A stretch of 64,000 nt of DNA from Thermoanaerobaculia bacterium (GTDB lineage: Bacteria > Acidobacteriota > Thermoanaerobaculia > Gp7-AA8), in contig DASWOB010000071.1 of the NCBI GenBank assembly GCA_036398925.1, positions 8,425 to 72,424 on the forward strand, in the 5' to 3' direction. Below the pieces are notes generated by a model. The model was not told where the DNA came from. It did not search any database and saw nothing but the letters and a program-made list of their open reading frames with translations. Shown piece by piece: positions 61,493 through 64,000 of this stretch (positions within the stretch are counted from its first letter, which is position 1; every line of letters starts with the position of its first letter). Both the position numbers and the translations under genes were made by a program.

Positions 61493-62275
61493 TTACCGCG
61501 TGCCGAGCGCCGCGCTGCTCTCGGTTCCCACCCGCGCCGTGCGCACGTAGCTCGCCTTCGTCAGCACCGGATACGGATTCACCATCTCGTCGTCCTGGTT
61601 GATGCCGAAGTGGAGGTGCGGCGGGGTGCTGCGGGCGTTGCCGGTCTGGCCGACGTAGCCGAGGAGATCGCCGGTGCGGACTTCCATCCCTTCGTAAAGG
61701 CCGGGAGCCCAGCGGTCGAGGTGTGCGTAGTAGAACGACGTGCCGGCTTCGGTGGTCAGCCAGAGGCAGAGACCGCCCTTCGGCTGCTCGCCGATGTAGC
61801 TGAGGATGCCGTCGGTCACGGCGACGATCGGCGTGCCCTTCGGCGCGAAGATGTCGATGCCGCGGTGCTTCCGGCGGCCACCGTCGCGCGGGTAGCCCCA
61901 GCTGTCGGAGATGTCGGAGGTGCGTACGCCGACCACTGGCATCAGCATCGCAGAGCCGGAGAGGGGAGCAAACAGCGCTTTCGCGCGATTGGCGAACTCT
62001 TTGTCGCGCGCTTTCGCGTTCGCGGCGGTACCGGTGGTCGTCGAGCCCGACTTCGCCAGGTCACGGCTCTTGTTGCGCGTGAGATCGGCGCTGAGCTGCG
62101 CTATCAGCTGGCTGAAGTCGTCATCCTCGGAAGCGGTGACGGCAGCGGAGCTGAGAGCCGGCGGCGCGGTCGTGACCGTGGTCGTCGAACAAGCCGTCAG
62201 GGACATGAGCACGAGCGGTCCCAGCAGCGCTGTCCATCTGCCGACCCACCCACCGCGAGCGTTGAGAGCGTTCAT
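61493..62275 (-). CDS. M23-family metallopeptidase (lipoprotein-like)
   Basis: N-terminal LVLMSLTAC lipobox-like signal. HRGIDIFAPKGTPIVA (HxxxD) and PPHLHFGI (HxH). Confidence 0.9.
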   Translation of the reverse strand: MNALNARGGWVGRWTALLGPLVLMSLTACSTTTVTTAPPALSSAAVTASEDDDFSQLIAQLSADLTRNKSRDLAKSGSTTTGTAANAKARDKEFANRAKALFAPLSGSAMLMPVVGVRTSDISDSWGYPRDGGRRKHRGIDIFAPKGTPIVAVTDGILSYIGEQPKGGLCLWLTTEAGTSFYYAHLDRWAPGLYEGMEVRTGDLLGYVGQTGNARSTPPHLHFGINQDDEMVNPYPVLTKASYVRTARVGTESSAALGTR

Positions 62276-62386
62276 CGTGCTACCGACCTTTTTGGGTTAT
62301 TGGAAACCGGTACGACGGACGGGAGTGTAGAGTCGAATCAGCGGAGTTGTAAAGGTCTGGTTTCAGCCGAGGCCGCTGAGTCGCTC

Positions 62387-63934
62387 TCAAAGGTTGCGCA
62401 GGACTGACACGGCCGGGCTGAAAAAGAACATACCGCCCGTGGGAGTGATCCACTCGTTCGCCGCGGTGGTCTCAAGCACTCGTTCCCCCTTGATCTCACC
62501 GAAACGGGGCTGGCCGCTCTGCCCCACCAGGAGGTCGTGCCCGAAGCCCTCCGGCGCGTCTGGAGCATTCATCCAGGTGGACACCAGCGTCATGAACTGG
62601 GGATCGAGGACGCGTTGATAGGAGACGAACAGCAGGCCGCGGTCGACGGGCGCTTCCTCACCTTCGGCGAAGGGGGGACCGAAGGTAATCCCGCGGCGCA
62701 GGACGCGGAAGCGATGCGAAGGCCCCTGGTCGGTGTTCTTGTCGCGCGGATTGACCTTGCGGACGTGCGCAAAGTGCGGACAGCGCGCACCGTTGTCGTC
62801 GGCGACGGCCCCCGGAACCGTGCGCCTCACCCCGAGGTCAGCCACCAGCGCATCCGCTTCATCGCTCGCAAAGCCGAAGAAGTTGACCTGATCGTCATCA
62901 TCCGCCATCAATGGATCGGGGCCGTGCGGCGAGCGAACGAGGGGCGTTCCATCCGGCCACCGCCCGACGAGCAGCGCCTCCACCTCGGCGGGCGTAACCT
63001 CGCGCCCGAGCTTCGCAGAAATGCCGGGCGCCTGAGCGGCGGCGAAGTGACGGAAGCGGTCGACGTGCTGCTGGAGGCGGCGGTACACCATGAACGAGCC
63101 GTTCTGCATCCACGGCGCCGGCGGTTTCGCCACCGGGCCGGGGACGGTTGGATCATCGTCGAGCTGCGTCGGGTAGCCGAACAGGAACTGTCCCGGCCAG
63201 AGGAGCGGCTGCCCCGGGCGGGAGAATGACATGGCGCGCGGATCGGCGGCATCGAAGTAACGCCGGGTGAGCACCTGATCGGGACGCTCGGAGAGTCGGC
63301 CGCGCACCCCGGGTTGCGAGATGCCGTCACGAAAACCAAAGTGCTCGATTTCGCCCGGCAATCGCACTCCCGCTTCGACGTACGTAACACGTACGCCGTC
63401 GTGCGCGGGATCGACCGCTTGCAGCGCCGCGGTCCGCGCCGTTACGGTTGCCTCCACGTCGCTGGCGAGGATGAGGAGAATGTCGGGCGATTTTTCTTCC
63501 GTGTCGCCGACTCGCCAGCCGATCGGTCCCGATGTGTCGCGCGGATCGCGGAACGCGGCCCCCTTCATCCCCGCTTTGAACGTGGGTTCGATACGCGCGT
63601 CGTCGAGCGCGAACGCACGAATCGCCGCATGCGCGAGGACGATGTTCAGGAGTAGGTCGGGCTCGACCGGACGTTTGCCGACGACGCGTGCAACAGCGCG
63701 GCGAACCTCACGTACCGTATGCATCTGCCCGAGCGTCGTGATCTCGCGCGACAGATTACTCAACCATTGCCGCGCGGCCGCCTCTCCTCCGGCGACGATC
63801 TTCAGGCCGACGAAGGTGATGAAACCTGCCGCGAATCCCGGCAGTACATTGCCCTGAATCTCGTCAACAGCCAAGAGCGGTTCATTCGATGCGTCCGGTC
63901 CGGTGGCGAGAATGGCATCGGGATGGAGCGCCAC
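62387..63934 (-). CDS. Dyp-type peroxidase family protein
   Basis: GTG start. HFGFRDGISQPGVRG is the DyP distal motif context. About 515 aa. Confidence 0.8.
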   Translation of the reverse strand: MALHPDAILATGPDASNEPLLAVDEIQGNVLPGFAAGFITFVGLKIVAGGEAAARQWLSNLSREITTLGQMHTVREVRRAVARVVGKRPVEPDLLLNIVLAHAAIRAFALDDARIEPTFKAGMKGAAFRDPRDTSGPIGWRVGDTEEKSPDILLILASDVEATVTARTAALQAVDPAHDGVRVTYVEAGVRLPGEIEHFGFRDGISQPGVRGRLSERPDQVLTRRYFDAADPRAMSFSRPGQPLLWPGQFLFGYPTQLDDDPTVPGPVAKPPAPWMQNGSFMVYRRLQQHVDRFRHFAAAQAPGISAKLGREVTPAEVEALLVGRWPDGTPLVRSPHGPDPLMADDDDQVNFFGFASDEADALVADLGVRRTVPGAVADDNGARCPHFAHVRKVNPRDKNTDQGPSHRFRVLRRGITFGPPFAEGEEAPVDRGLLFVSYQRVLDPQFMTLVSTWMNAPDAPEGFGHDLLVGQSGQPRFGEIKGERVLETTAANEWITPTGGMFFFSPAVSVLRNL

Positions 63935-64000
63935 TACCGTAGTCCCTTGAGCGGATTCCGGAGCGCCTCAGTCGGCGGCAGTTCCTCATCGAGATCGACT
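63934..64000 (-). CDS. 3' end of a CDS that runs off the right edge of the window
   Basis: Frame is open from 64000 down to TAG at 63934-63936 (...VDLDEELPPTEALRNPLKGLR). The stop overlaps the DyP GTG by 1 nt. Confidence 0.3.
   Translation of the reverse strand, partial: VDLDEELPPTEALRNPLKGLR

Noticed and set aside
1-64000. Search for diversity-generating retroelements, phase-variation invertases, prophage, CRISPR-Cas or known defence systems that might explain the paralog clusters
   Set aside because: I recognised no reverse transcriptase, recombinase, transposase, phage structural gene or cas-like ORF in any frame. Only the VapBC pair belongs to this category.

Overview
GC-rich bacterial chromosomal segment with no rRNA, one tRNA-Leu, and no transposase, integrase or phage genes. 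The gene content (a TonB-dependent receptor fused to a CarboxypepD_reg domain, S8/S9/S41/S46/S51 peptidases, many signal-peptide proteins) suggests a soil Acidobacteriota-like organism, but that is inference only. I support about 55 CDS.

Left part:
- a PaoABC-like molybdenum oxidoreductase operon;
- three tandem paralogous secreted beta-helix proteins with PPC domains;
- small membrane proteins coupled to a LytS/LytTR two-component pair;
- a Tim44-like protein pair, an S8 protease and a Zn alcohol dehydrogenase.

Centre (the most interesting part):
- Five co-oriented minus-strand genes (21369-32185) encode eight copies of a conserved secreted module of about 400 aa that I cannot assign to any family I know.
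- Directly upstream lies about 1 kb of non-coding DNA with a 43-bp tandem array of about 10 units and a perfect 37-bp inverted repeat.
- Upstream of that sits a Ser/Thr kinase with a TolB-like propeller, translationally coupled to a secreted partner.

Right part:
- a peptide-scavenging cluster (S46, TonB-dependent receptor, S51, S9);
- VapBC, pfk, tdh, tRNA-Leu, pgsA, rsmI, a TrmH-family methyltransferase and an aminotransferase;
- a PPIase, tatA-tatC, an S41 protease, LemA/TPM genes, folK, an M23 peptidase and a DyP peroxidase.

Intergenic DNA carries several families of palindromic repeats. Some have arms built from short tandem oligomers, and there is one MITE-like family. Many long ORFs in the track are antisense or out-of-frame shadows typical of high-GC DNA and were rejected. 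Coordinates of non-ORF features may be off by 1-2 nt.
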